The position numbers were made by a program, and so were the translations under genes. This document shows positions 1 to 21,724 of a stretch of 64,000 nt of DNA, piece by piece. This DNA comes from the human T2T-CHM13v2.0 reference genome, Homo sapiens. Position 1 is the first letter of the stretch. Each line of letters opens with the position of its first letter. The notes beneath the pieces are model-generated. The model worked only from the letters and a program-made list of their open reading frames with translations, searched no databases and was not told the DNA's origin. The stretch is taken from the NCBI RefSeq assembly GCF_009914755.1, contig NC_060935.1; one strand, written 5' to 3'.

Positions 1-560
1 GGCCGGGGCGGGGCTGCGGCGGGTGGGTGCAGAGGGGCCGCACCGCGGACTTCGCAGCCGGGAGAGAGCCCGGCGCGGGCGGCGCGCACGGGACTCTGCT
101 GTGCGCGCGCCCGCCCGCCCGCCGTCCGCGCAGGCCCTCGGTCCGCTCTGCCCTCGGGGTCGTGGCGCCCATCCCTCCCCTGTTCTGCTGTCGCCGCCCG
201 GACAGGGGCTCGGGAGCCGGGCTGGGGGCAGGGGCTGGAGCCGCGGGACCAGCGCCTGAGGTGGGTGCGGAGCGGGAGGCCGGGCGGGCGGGCGCCTGGG
301 GCCGCCCCGCCGACATACTCCGGGTCGAGGGGGAGTGACCGGCCAGGGCACGGAGTCCGGCTGCCGGCCTGCCTGGGTCCGGGCGTTCGTTCCCGCGCCC
401 TGGGACCCTCCCAGGCCACCACCCTCCCCGCGGGGACACCCCGCCCCTCCGCTGCCCGCAGCCTCCTCAGGCCTCCCGCCCTTTGTCGCTCGTGCACCTG
501 CGCCCTCGGCCCTGCCCTCTCGCTCCCCTCAGGACTGACCGTCGCCTAGCCTCCCTCTCA
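1..560 (+). promoter_or_regulatory. TIGD3: CpG island / promoter and non-coding exon 1 of TIGD3 (donor GAG|GTGGGT at 260/261)
   Basis: Very high GC and CpG density. GC box GGGGCGGGG at 5-13. Splice donor at 260/261 pairs with a pyrimidine tract plus CAG acceptor ending at 1095. The island probably extends left of the window. Confidence 0.8.
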
Positions 561-1111
561 GGACCCGGCACCAAATTAGCCTCGCTCCTTCAGACACCCT
601 CTGTCCCCTTTGTCGTCTGTACACCTGTCACCTCAACTCTGTGTGCATCCACCCACCTCCCACCCCCCAGCGGCGTCATCTGAATCCAGCCCAAGCCGCC
701 TCCCACTCCCTCCCGGGGGCTCCTCCCCCGCAGCCCCGTAGCCCCACACCTGCCCCCTCGGCCCCAGTCCCAGGCCCTCCCCCGTCCGTATGCCTTTGTT
801 ATCTCTGCAGCTGTCCCCTGCACTTTTCATCCTTCTTCCCGAGTGAGGCCAGACCCCAGCCCAGACTCCCCTGTCCTTCTGAGTGGAGAGACGCCCCCTC
901 CCCAGCTCTGCCCTGGCATCCTGGGGACGGGGCCAGCCGGCTTCCACTCGGCCTAGCCACTTCCTCTTTCAGCGGGTCCAGTCTCACCCGGTGCCTGCGC
1001 AAGTCCTCATCTAATCTCTTTTCCCTCCTGCGCTCCTTTCCTAGCTCTTCCGGCCTCAGATTACTCTACCCGCTCAATCTTTCCTCCCCGCACAGGTGCC
1101 CCGGAGAGGCC

Positions 1112-2527
1112 ATGGAGCTGAGCAGCAAGAAGAAGCTTCACGCCCTGTCCCTGGCCGAGAAGATCCAGGTGCTGGAACTCCTGGATGAGTCCAAGATGTC
1201 CCAGTCGGAGGTGGCCCGGCGCTTCCAGGTTTCCCAGCCCCAGATCTCGCGCATCTGCAAGAATAAGGAGAAGCTGCTGGCGGACTGGTGCAGCGGCACA
1301 GCCAACCGAGAGCGCAAGCGCAAGCGGGAGTCCAAGTACAGCGGGATCGACGAGGCTCTGCTCTGCTGGTACCACATTGCCCGGGCCAAGGCCTGGGACG
1401 TGACGGGGCCCATGCTGCTCCACAAAGCCAAGGAGCTGGCCGATATCATGGGCCAGGACTTCGTGCCCAGCATCGGCTGGCTGGTCCGCTGGAAACGCCG
1501 AAACAACGTCGGCTTTGGGGCCCGCCATGTTCTTGCGCCTTCATTCCCCCCTGAGCCACCTCCCCCGGGGCTCACATCCCAGGCTCAGCTGCCTCTTTCC
1601 CTAAAAGACTTCTCTCCAGAGGACGTGTTTGGCTGTGCTGAATTGCCCTTGCTGTATCGGGCAGTGCCCGGCAGCTTTGGTGCATGTGATCAAGTACAGG
1701 TGCTGCTGTGTGCCAACAGCAGGGGCACCGAGAAGCGGCGGGTACTGCTGGGTGGGCTCCAGGCTGCCCCGAGATGCTTCTTTGGGATCCGCAGTGAGGC
1801 TCTGCCTGCCTCCTACCACCCGGACCTGGGCATCCCCTGGTTAGAGTGGTTGGCACAGTTTGACCGGGACATGGGACAGCAGGGCCGACAGGTGGCTTTG
1901 CTGCTGGCTGCCCGAGTGGTGGAGGAGCTGGCAGGCCTGCCTGGGCTCTACCACGTGAAGCTCTTGCCTCTGGCCGCCTCTAGCACCACGCCTCCCCTGC
2001 CCAGCTCAGTGGTCCGGGCCTTTAAGGCCCATTACCGACACCGGCTGTTGGGCAAACTGGCTGCCATCCAAAGCGAGAGGGATGGCACCTCGCTGGCCGA
2101 GGCCGGGGCAGGCATCACCGTGCTGGACGCCCTGCACGTGGCGTCTGCCGCCTGGGCCAAGGTGCCTCCTCAGCTCATTTTCAGCAGCTTCATTCAAGAA
2201 GGGCTGGCTCCCGGCAAAACGCCCCCGTCCTCGCACAAAACCTCTGAGATGCCACCAGTCCCCGGCGGGCTGAGCCTGGAGGAGTTTTCCCGCTTTGTGG
2301 ACCTGGAGGGTGAGGAGCCAAGGTCTGGAGTATGTAAGGAGGAGATAGGCACTGAAGACGAGAAGGGGGACAGAGAGGGTGCCTTTGAGCCCCTGCCCAC
2401 CAAAGCTGATGCCCTCCGGGCCCTGGGCACCTTGAGGAGGTGGTTTGAATGCAACAGCACTTCTCCTGAGCTATTCGAAAAATTCTACGACTGTGAGGAG
2501 GAGGTGGAGCGGCTTTGCTGCCTATGA
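1112..2527 (+). CDS. TIGD3: Tigger transposable element-derived protein 3 (471 aa): psq-type HTH, CENP-B-type HTH, degenerate DDE_1 domain
   Basis: ATG in strong Kozak context (GCCATGG) 16 nt after the acceptor at 1095. 1416 nt = 471 aa + TGA. N-terminus MELSSKKKLHALSLAEKIQVLELLDE, motifs FVPSIGWLVRWKRR and VVRAFKAHYRHR are typical of the pogo/CENP-B family. Intronless CDS. Confidence 0.97.
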   Translation: MELSSKKKLHALSLAEKIQVLELLDESKMSQSEVARRFQVSQPQISRICKNKEKLLADWCSGTANRERKRKRESKYSGIDEALLCWYHIARAKAWDVTGPMLLHKAKELADIMGQDFVPSIGWLVRWKRRNNVGFGARHVLAPSFPPEPPPPGLTSQAQLPLSLKDFSPEDVFGCAELPLLYRAVPGSFGACDQVQVLLCANSRGTEKRRVLLGGLQAAPRCFFGIRSEALPASYHPDLGIPWLEWLAQFDRDMGQQGRQVALLLAARVVEELAGLPGLYHVKLLPLAASSTTPPLPSSVVRAFKAHYRHRLLGKLAAIQSERDGTSLAEAGAGITVLDALHVASAAWAKVPPQLIFSSFIQEGLAPGKTPPSSHKTSEMPPVPGGLSLEEFSRFVDLEGEEPRSGVCKEEIGTEDEKGDREGAFEPLPTKADALRALGTLRRWFECNSTSPELFEKFYDCEEEVERLCCL

Positions 2528-2894
2528 AGGCGCCTTCACTGCTTGCCAGAGCCCCTTCCTCTCTTGTTTCCCATGGAAACGGCCTCTTCAGAAGGCAGAT
2601 CGGGCTGTCTCTTTCCTGTGGAAATAGAACTGTCGTAAAGGTGTAGAAGGGAGAGAAGTTGGGACACCAAGTCTGAGCTTGGAGTGGCAGTCGTCCAAAC
2701 CCCAGGAAGAGAGCTCTAAAGATGGGGCTTCGGGGGTAGGAATCCAGGATGCTTAGTTTCTAGACCCTGCTTGAAAGTTCTAGAGCCTTTGAAAGGGAGT
2801 TAGTCTAGAGGCAGCCACTTAGAAAGGTGGAATTTGGGCTTTTTGGACAGACTGCTTCCTTGAACTTTGTGTTAAAAACAGTTCTGCTTCTGAA

Positions 2895-2900
2895 AATAAA
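2895..2900 (+). terminator. TIGD3: TIGD3 polyadenylation signal AATAAA
   Basis: AATAAA about 370 nt after the stop, followed by GT/T-rich sequence (gggtgttattttc). Confidence 0.8.
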
Positions 2901-3842
2901 GTTTTTAATCAGAAAAGAGGCCAGGGTGTTATTTTCATGGGAGAAGGGTAAACATTTTCCATTCAGATTTGGAAAATTAATTGCTGATGGTCACTGCGGT
3001 GCAGCTGTCTGTCCATGACCAGTAGGGATCCTCCTTTTCCAGATATTCAGCAGCAAGGACTCTCAGGGTGTGGGCACTGCTTGTGGGCTACCCTCCTGAG
3101 AGGGAAGCTCCAGGACAGACAGATCCCAGCTACTGCCCCAGATAAGCTGCAGCTCCAATAGTTTCGCTCTCAGATTGTGTGTGTTTGGGGTTGGGCAGGC
3201 TACGGACATGTCAGGGAAACAGAAAGGAGCCGGAATTGGAATGGAATAGTCATTCATTCTTTCTTTTTTTTTTTTCATTTGCTTATTTCACAACATCACT
3301 TCAGCAAGACCTCCTATGTGAACAAGGTTGCAAAGATGATGTCTCTTCTGGACAGAACCTTGCAGCCAATGACAGTGGAGTGTGATTAAGGCTGTGATAA
3401 CGGCTGTGCAAAGTGCCTGGCCCCATAGAGCTAGGGAGACTCCAGGGGGAGGTGAGCTTTGAGCTGCAGTTTGAAGGGCGTCCCAGGCCAAGGGACAGCG
3501 TGTGCAGAGTCTGATTGGAGTGAAGGAGCACAGTGTGCTGGGGGCGGGGGCAGGCAGTTCTGCCAGAGCATAGCATACTTGCGGAGGTAGGGGCAGAGTA
3601 CAAGGAGAGACCTGGAGAGTAGGAAGGGCCTTTAGCCAACCAGGCTTAGGGGTAGGACACCATCAGAGGGTTTTAGGTAGGCAGGAACAAGTCATTCTTG
3701 GGGTTCTAGAATAACGGAGTCTGTGTAGGGTGTGTCAAAGATGTGAAACCTAGAGGCAGAGAGCCTCTGACTGATCCAGGTGAGAGAAGGTGAAGCGTGA
3801 GCCAGATCCTGGGAGTAGGATGTAAAGAAAATGGTTTACCAG

Positions 3843-4840
<998 letters not shown>

Positions 4841-5134
4841 ACGGGCTCCAGGCCAAAATCCTAAGGGTGACCTTTCAGGCTTCACCATTGGCAGTCACAA
4901 GACTTTTGCCTGGCAGTCCTCATGGAGGGAAGCTGCTCTCTCACCCCAGCTTGGTGCATCGCCTGTGCATTGCAGGTTTCCGGAGAGAGTTGCAGTCAAG
5001 GACTCCAGGCCCCCAGACTGCCCTGTTCCTAAGCTCACCTGCATTCCTAGCTGGGCACCTCCATTTGGAGACCTGGGCTGAGGCAGTTTCCAACAGCCTT
5101 TACCAAGACCTCCTTACTGGGAGCAATGACTGAG

Positions 5135-5242
5135 ATCCTTTCTCCGCTTCGACTCAATACCTCTCATTCCATCCTTTCTCCGCTTTGACGCAGTACCTCT
5201 CATTCTATCCTTTCTCCGCTTTGACTCAGTACTTCTCATTTC
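5135..5242. repeat. 36-bp tandem repeat, 3 copies (ATCCTTTCTCCGCTTYGACKCARTACYTCTCATTYY)
   Basis: Units start at 5135, 5171 and 5207 with no spacers. Confidence 0.93.
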
Positions 5243-5519
5243 AGCCCTTCTCCCCTGCCTCCCTACAGCCCACTTCAGGTCAGGTCTGTAAAAAGGCAGG
5301 AGCTTTTATTCTTTTTATTCTGAAACTCCTTGACGATGAGACTGTTCCTGTCTGACCCTTGTCCCGTGCTGCTCTGTAAAATGGAACGCTGGGGAGCTGG
5401 GGCCTGTTTTTGCCCCTTGCTTGTAGGTTTTAGTGAATGAAAAGAAGCTTTTGTGTTACTTTCAGCTTGCTTCGTTGTCCTAATTGACCAACTCCACACC
5501 TGGCAGCTCGAACTAACAA

Positions 5520-7070
<1,551 letters not shown>

Positions 7071-7203
7071 GGCCTCTTCCCGGAGCTTTTTAAAAAGAGC
7101 CATAATTAATCTCTTCCTTCCTTGAATCGCTATCATATGGCAGACATTTCCCAATTGCAGGTAACTTCATCTGCTCGTGCAAGCAGTATTCCCGAATGCT
7201 TAG

Positions 7204-9870
<2,667 letters not shown>

Positions 9871-9871
9871 A

Positions 9872-11817
<1,946 letters not shown>

Positions 11818-12294
11818 TCATGGGTCCAAGTATTCCTAAGTTTTTTCCACCACAAAGGAAAGGGGCAGGGTTTGTTTATCAATTCCCTTTACTGGTGGGT
11901 GGAGGTTTTCTGGTCTACCTTTCACTGCATGGGTAGCCCCTTCCAGGATCCATAGGAATCTACTATGAGCCTTGGTTTCAGCTGCCCCACCATATGTGGA
12001 CTCAAGGTCTAATTTGTTCCCCGTGGTTCCTTAATCTCCAAGGTCATGGAGTTATCAGCATTTGGCCCAGGGGCTGCCCCAGTTCCAACACCCTGATTTA
12101 CACCCTTTCTTGTTTTGAAGGGATCCTTGGGAAATTCCCTTACTTTTTGCAAAGTTAGCAATGGTTTTAAAACTATGTTTGTTTGTTTGTTTATTGAGAC
12201 AGGGTCTCCTTCTGTCGCCCAGGCTGGAGAGCAGTGGCAAGACCATGGCTCACTGCAGTCTCAAACTCCTGGCCTTAAGCAATCTTCCTGCCTC

Positions 12295-14168
<1,874 letters not shown>

Positions 14169-14318
14169 TACCAGCTAGAGTTTTGACAAGAGCTAACACA
14201 GGGGTCTCTGCTTCCCAGACCTCATAGTTTAGAGGAGAGACAGATATAACCTAAGGGTTACACGAATGAGAGTGTGTCATTATAGAATGATGAAGGGGGA
14301 CAGTGTGAGAACATGGGC

Positions 14319-14510
14319 CAGTGGTTCTCAAGGCGTTGCTCTCAGCAGCAGCAGCAGCAGCATCTGGGCAACATAGTAAGACCCTATCTCTAACATAATG
14401 GAAGGCAAATCTTGGACCCGCCCCAAGCCTACTGAACCAGAAACTCGAGGGTGGGACCCAGCAATTTGTATTTTCACAAACTCCCCAGGTGATTCCAAAC
14501 AACAGGCATA
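14319..14510 (-). mobile_element. MER5A (hAT-Charlie) relic with a short (CAG)n tract
   Basis: cagtggttctcaa TIR ... cctactgaaccagaaactc ... ccaggtgattc. Confidence 0.8.
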
Positions 14511-14609
14511 AGTCAAAGGAATGTGATCAAGGTTTCCATAAGGAAGTGTGGCTGAACTGAGAGCTGAAGGCTGGGTGGGAGGCACACAGGCAGGCAGAGG
14601 GCATGTGCG

Positions 14610-16212
<1,603 letters not shown>

Positions 16213-16906
16213 TTGGGAAGGAGTAGAAATCTTTCAAAGGGTTAAGAGGAGTTAGAGACTCTTTTGGCATGGCGGGGGTGAAGAGGGAGAGCTCCTCTGA
16301 GGCATCGGCCTGGGCTGGGAGCTGAGGGCAGCAGGGCGGGCTGGGGAACTTGAGGTGCCTTTGGGACATCTAAGGATGTGTGACCAGAGACAGCAGTGTG
16401 GGCCTGGCACTCAGGAGCCTGAGCAGGCTGGAGACACCAGTTAAGTCACATTCACAGCATGGACCCCCTTGGCTCAGCTGTTTCCTGAGTCTGGTCAAAG
16501 TTATTTAAGCCAGAGTCATCTCGTGGTTGTGTCATTTCCCCCTTTCCCTGCGCATGTAGCTTTCCCCAGGCTGGAGTGTGGTGGGGAAAGCCACAGGGAG
16601 TGTCACTATACACATAAGTTAGTCTCCTGGAATTTCTTCAGCTGTGGTCATTGCTAAAAAAAGAAGTATGACGCTGGACAACAGGAGTCCAATGGGACTT
16701 TATTTAACATGTTTGCTCAAGTTATCAGCTCTTTGCAAGTGACTGACAGACACCACCTCCTTTGTAACCTCAAAGCAGGTTCACAGACTATCTCCTGGTT
16801 CTTAGGGATTTCTTCTGTCGAAAAGAGTTCTCAAAAATAACAGCAACCTGAGATACCATCTGTTAAATCCTTAAGCAATTTCGCATGCCTTATGAGACCC
16901 TGCTGA

Positions 16907-17518
<612 letters not shown>

Positions 17519-17927
17519 ACATCTAGATTTTTAGAATCTCTCTGGCCCCTTCCTGCCCCATCTTTGTCTTTCTGCCCTCCCCTCCAATAGTGGCATCTCC
17601 TCCTGGGGCCACTGTGCAGGAGTGAGTTATTTGCTCACTAATCACACCATACTAAACCCTAAACTCACTCCAGGACTGTTCTCCCAGCCCAGTGGGTAGC
17701 CTTTGCCATGGATTGGTGGAAGGAACTTGGGCCTGGAACTCCCTGGTCCCACCTGAGTCTGGCCACTCTCTCTGGCTGTAAAGGTGGAGTTTAGAGGACG
17801 GGCACTCCAGGCTCTTTAGGAGACTCCTCTAGATAGAACCAGAGAGGGAGAATGGGAGCCCATTTAACTAAAGCCAAAAAAAATAGATTTTTTTCATTTT
17901 ACTCCCTTGCTGTTTTGTTGTTGTTGT

Positions 17928-18015
17928 TTTGAGTTTAGGAGCAGAGGTTTAATAGGCAAAGGGAAAAGGAGAACAGCTCTCTCTCAGACAGAGGGGCACC
18001 CAAATGGGAATTCCC
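17928..18015 (-). mobile_element. Short ERV1 LTR fragment (MER51/MER57-like)
   Basis: tgagtttaggagcagaggtttaataggcaaag...aacagctctctc resembles the polyA region of MER51-group LTRs. Confidence 0.5.
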
Positions 18016-18276
18016 GCTAACTGGTAATTTGATGAGAAATAGCAAACAACAGAGGACCACTCTGACCTGTCCTCCTGCCTACTTCCTGCACTGTTTATAG
18101 GAGCCCACCTCCTCCTCCTCATGCGTCCTGTTTGCTTCCTTCCAGCCACGGGCTGCCCAGTGGTGTTCTGACACCTGCTGTACCATCGCTGCAATGTCCA
18201 GCCTGGAATCCCTGGCGCTGCGGTGGTGCTGGATGGGCTCAGAGATGGTCCGATCAGAAGGGATCACAGAGGAAAG

Positions 18277-18557
18277 CTGGGGGTGGTGGCTCACGCCTGT
18301 TAATCTCAGCACTTTGGGAGGCTGAGGCGGGCGGATCACTTGAGGTCAGGAGTTCCAGACCAGGCTGGCCAACATGGCAAAACCCCGTCTCTACTAAAAG
18401 TACAAAAAAATTAGCCGGGCATGGTGGCATGCACCTGTAGTCCCAGGCAGGAGGATCACTTGAACCCAGGAAGCAGAAGTTGCAGTGAGCCGAGATCGTG
18501 CCACCGCACCCCAGCCTGGGTGACAGAGCAACACACCATCTCAAAAGAAAAAAAAAG
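18277..18557 (+). mobile_element. Alu inserted in a MIR core, 18-bp TSD AAGGGATCACAGAGGAAA
   Basis: The direct repeat is present on both sides, followed by MIR core gaggaaactgaggcac. Confidence 0.88.
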
Positions 18558-18753
18558 GGATCACAGAGGAAACTGAGGCACAGGAAGGGCAGTGCCTGCC
18601 TCAAGGCACCTGGGAACCGGCCTCAGGTGGACCTTGTGTTTTCCATAGGAGGAGCAGAGACTGCTAGAAACTAGGAGTTCGAGTCTCTTCCACCATACAC
18701 CTTTCTCAGCCCGAAAGGGCAGCACATTCCCACGATCAGGAGCCCCCAGAACA

Positions 18754-19248
<495 letters not shown>

Positions 19249-19611
19249 ACTTAGAAACTCACAGTACCTTACCCACTGAGTCAGGATGAAGCTTGCTAAA
19301 CTGTTGCAACAAGGGCCTAAACTGTTGCAACAAGGACAGAGCCAGGTGCCTCACGCCTGTAATCCCAACGCTTTGGGAGGCCAAGGCGGGTGGATCACAT
19401 AAGACCAGGAGTTCGAGGCCAGCCTGGCCAACATGGTGAAACCCTATCTCTACTAAAAATACAAAAACTAGTTGCAGATGGCCTCCAGCCATCTGCAGCA
19501 CATGATCTGGTGAAGGAGAGCTCTGATGAGCACGTGACGTAGTATGGTCCCGGCAGGTCTAGCCCAGGGTGGTGTGGGGGGAGTTGAACTTAGGTGACTC
19601 GCAGAAGACCC

Positions 19612-19663
19612 CCATGTGCCCAGGTGGAGCAGGGTAGCCATGTGCCCAGGTGGAGCAGGGTAG
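19612..19663. repeat. Perfect 26-bp tandem duplication CCATGTGCCCAGGTGGAGCAGGGTAG (a 21-bp duplication also lies at about 19297-19336)
   Basis: Read directly from the sequence. Confidence 0.9.
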
Positions 19664-20000
19664 CTAAGTAACTGGACACTGCGGCTGGAAGCTCAGAGGC
19701 ATCTAAGCAAATTGTATGACTTACCCGCGGTGTGACCTAGGACAAGTTACATAATGTCTCTGAGCCGAGGCTGCCTCTCTATCAACTGTGATCATAACAC
19801 TGTGATTGTTTCTACAGGGAGCCCCCAGTAAATGGCAGGAATTCAGGTCACCATGAGGTGGACTCACGTTGATCTCAGACCAGATAGGGACATTAGTGGG
19901 TACAAATGGCCCTTGATGCTCAATTTTGTTGTCAGTTAAAAGAACCCTCTCAGCCAGTTTTTAATTCCCACTGAGCAAGTGAGATGGGTAAAGAAAACAA

Positions 20001-20320
20001 CAGTGGCTCACACCTGTAACTCCAGCTCTTTGGGAGGCCAAGGTGGGAGGGCTATCTGTGCTCAGGAGTTCAAGACGGCCTGGGCAACATAGTGAGACCT
20101 CCTCTCTACAAAAAAATTAAAAATTAGCCAGGTGCGGTGGCACACACCTGTAGTCCCAGCTACTCAGAAGACTAGGGTGGGAAGATCACTTGAGTCCAGG
20201 AGTTCAAGGCCACAGTGAGCTATAATGGCACCACTGCACTCCAGCCTGGGCAACAGAGTGAGACTCTGTATCTAATAAAAGAAAAAATAGAGAAAAAGAA
20301 AAAGAAAAAGAAAAAGAAAA
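20001..20320 (+). mobile_element. AluJ
   Basis: gcaacatagtgagacc and gagctataatggcaccactg J-type diagnostics. Confidence 0.88.
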
Positions 20321-20504
20321 CAAGCACCATTGGCTGGGAGTGGGCAAAGCAGACAGACCCCCAGCTCCCAGCATCCTCCACTGCAGGTGACCTCGAGAAG
20401 GGTCAGAGCAGGAAAATGGGGGCTGGGAGGTTCAACAGAAAGCTGTGTGGCAAGACCAGGGAAGCAGGTGTGGCAGCTGGCGTGAAGAGACAGGTCAGGA
20501 GTGC

Positions 20505-20690
20505 AGTCGCATCATTTAACGAGCATTTATTGCACACGTCTGTTCAAGCACCAGGCTCAGGCTGGAAACCATCCAAAGCGCAATCCCTGACCTCAGGCAG
20601 CTCACAGTCCAGTGGGGAAGCCGAGAAGCAAATTAATGACTCTGAAGAAGCGCAGGCAAGTGCTATGATCAAGGCATGTGTGTGGGTAGG
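20505..20690 (-). mobile_element. L2 3'-end relic carrying the SLC25A45 polyA signal
   Basis: catttaacgagcatttattgcacacgtctgttcaagcaccaggc matches the reverse complement of the L2 terminus (cattcaacaaatatttattgagcacctactatgtgccaggc). Confidence 0.7.
20526..20531 (-). terminator. SLC25A45: SLC25A45 polyadenylation signal AATAAA
   Basis: First minus-strand AATAAA I found downstream of the stop at 21725 (about 1.2 kb 3'UTR). Confidence 0.7.
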
Positions 20691-21099
20691 GTGTCTGGGA
20701 ACCCCAAAGTCAGCCTCAGGTGGGGAGGTAAGTCAAGGAAGGGTGAGGGGACTGGGCTCAGCCTGGGTCTCGGAGGAGAGCGGGGCCAGCCCCGGGGATG
20801 GTAGAGTCAACCTGCCAGGCACTGTGCACTGCTGGCCAGGCCCGGCCAATGAGAGCACAACTTGTTCAGGGTCCAGGAAGCAACCCCAGGAGAACAAAGC
20901 CTCGTGGGGAGGGAGGAACCTGGAGGGTGGAAGGAGTTTGGGCTTTTCCTGAAGGTGATGAGAGCCACTGAAGGATTCTGGGGGAGGAGACATAGGGTTA
21001 TCCTGGGTCATGGGGGAGAGAGCTTTGAAAGGCAGGGAGGTGGGAGGCCGCAGGGACTCTCAGAAGTGGAGTCTCAGAGCTCCTTAAGAGGTGAAGGCA

Positions 21100-21410
21100 G
21101 CCGGGCGCGGTGGCTCACGCCTGTAATCCCAGCACTTTGAGAGGCCGACGCGGGCGGATCACAAAGTCAGGAGATCAAGACCATCCTGGCTGACATGGTG
21201 AAACCCTGTCTCTACTAAAAATACAAAAATTTAGCTGGGTGTGGTGGCGGGCGCCTATAGTCCCAGCTACTTGGGAGGCTGAGGCAGGAGAGTTGCTTGA
21301 ACCCGGAAGGTGGAAAGGCGGAGGTTGCAGTGAGCCGAGATCACGCCACTGCATTCCAGCCTGGGTGACAGAGAAAGACTCCATCTCAAAAAAAAAAAAA
21401 AAAAAAAAAA
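21100..21410 (+). mobile_element. Alu in SLC25A45 3'UTR (antisense in the mRNA), TSD AAGAGGTGAAGGCA
   Basis: Full dimer with A tail and 14-bp TSD. Confidence 0.92.
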
Positions 21411-21724
21411 GAGGTGAAGGCACAGGACAGGAGCTGGGATGTCACCAGCACCACTTGCCAGCTCACTTGTGCCTCATGCTCCCTGTTTCACAGATGTGGG
21501 AGGCAAAGGAGTCAAGGCCAGCTACACAGGGAGGCTGCACAGGCCCCCTGGCTTCCGGCTCCCACAGGTGTCTGCCCAGCCCAGATCTGCGCGGGTGGGA
21601 GGCACCTTGGTTAGGAAGGGCTGAGCCTCTTGCACTGATTTGCAAGCTTTCAACCTGGCCTCCAATCTCAAACTGGCCTCCAGGCCGTGGGCCTGATGGG
21701 GAGCTGCTGGCATTGCCGCAGGGC

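Noticed and set aside
641-1111. 157-codon in-frame extension making TIGD3 appear to be 628 aa
   Set aside because: It starts at GTG with no in-frame ATG, is low-complexity Pro/Ser/Leu, and lies in intron 1 (clear pyrimidine tract and CAG acceptor at 1095). The true start is the Kozak ATG at 1112.
1112-2527. TIGD3 as an active DNA transposon
   Set aside because: No terminal inverted repeats or TA duplication are visible, the catalytic residues are lost, and it has a host CpG promoter, intron and polyA signal.
5135-5242. 36-bp repeats superficially like CRISPR direct repeats
   Set aside because: The units are contiguous with no spacers, there are no cas genes, and the context is human. This is an ordinary minisatellite.
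14343-14362. (CAG)n tract
   Set aside because: About 6 units, intergenic and derived from the MER5A cagcagcatcagc motif. It is not coding or expansion-scale.
20215-20952. 245-aa plus-strand ORF
   Set aside because: It starts at GTG inside an Alu, reads through its A tail and an L2 relic, is antisense to the SLC25A45 3'UTR, and has no recognisable domain.
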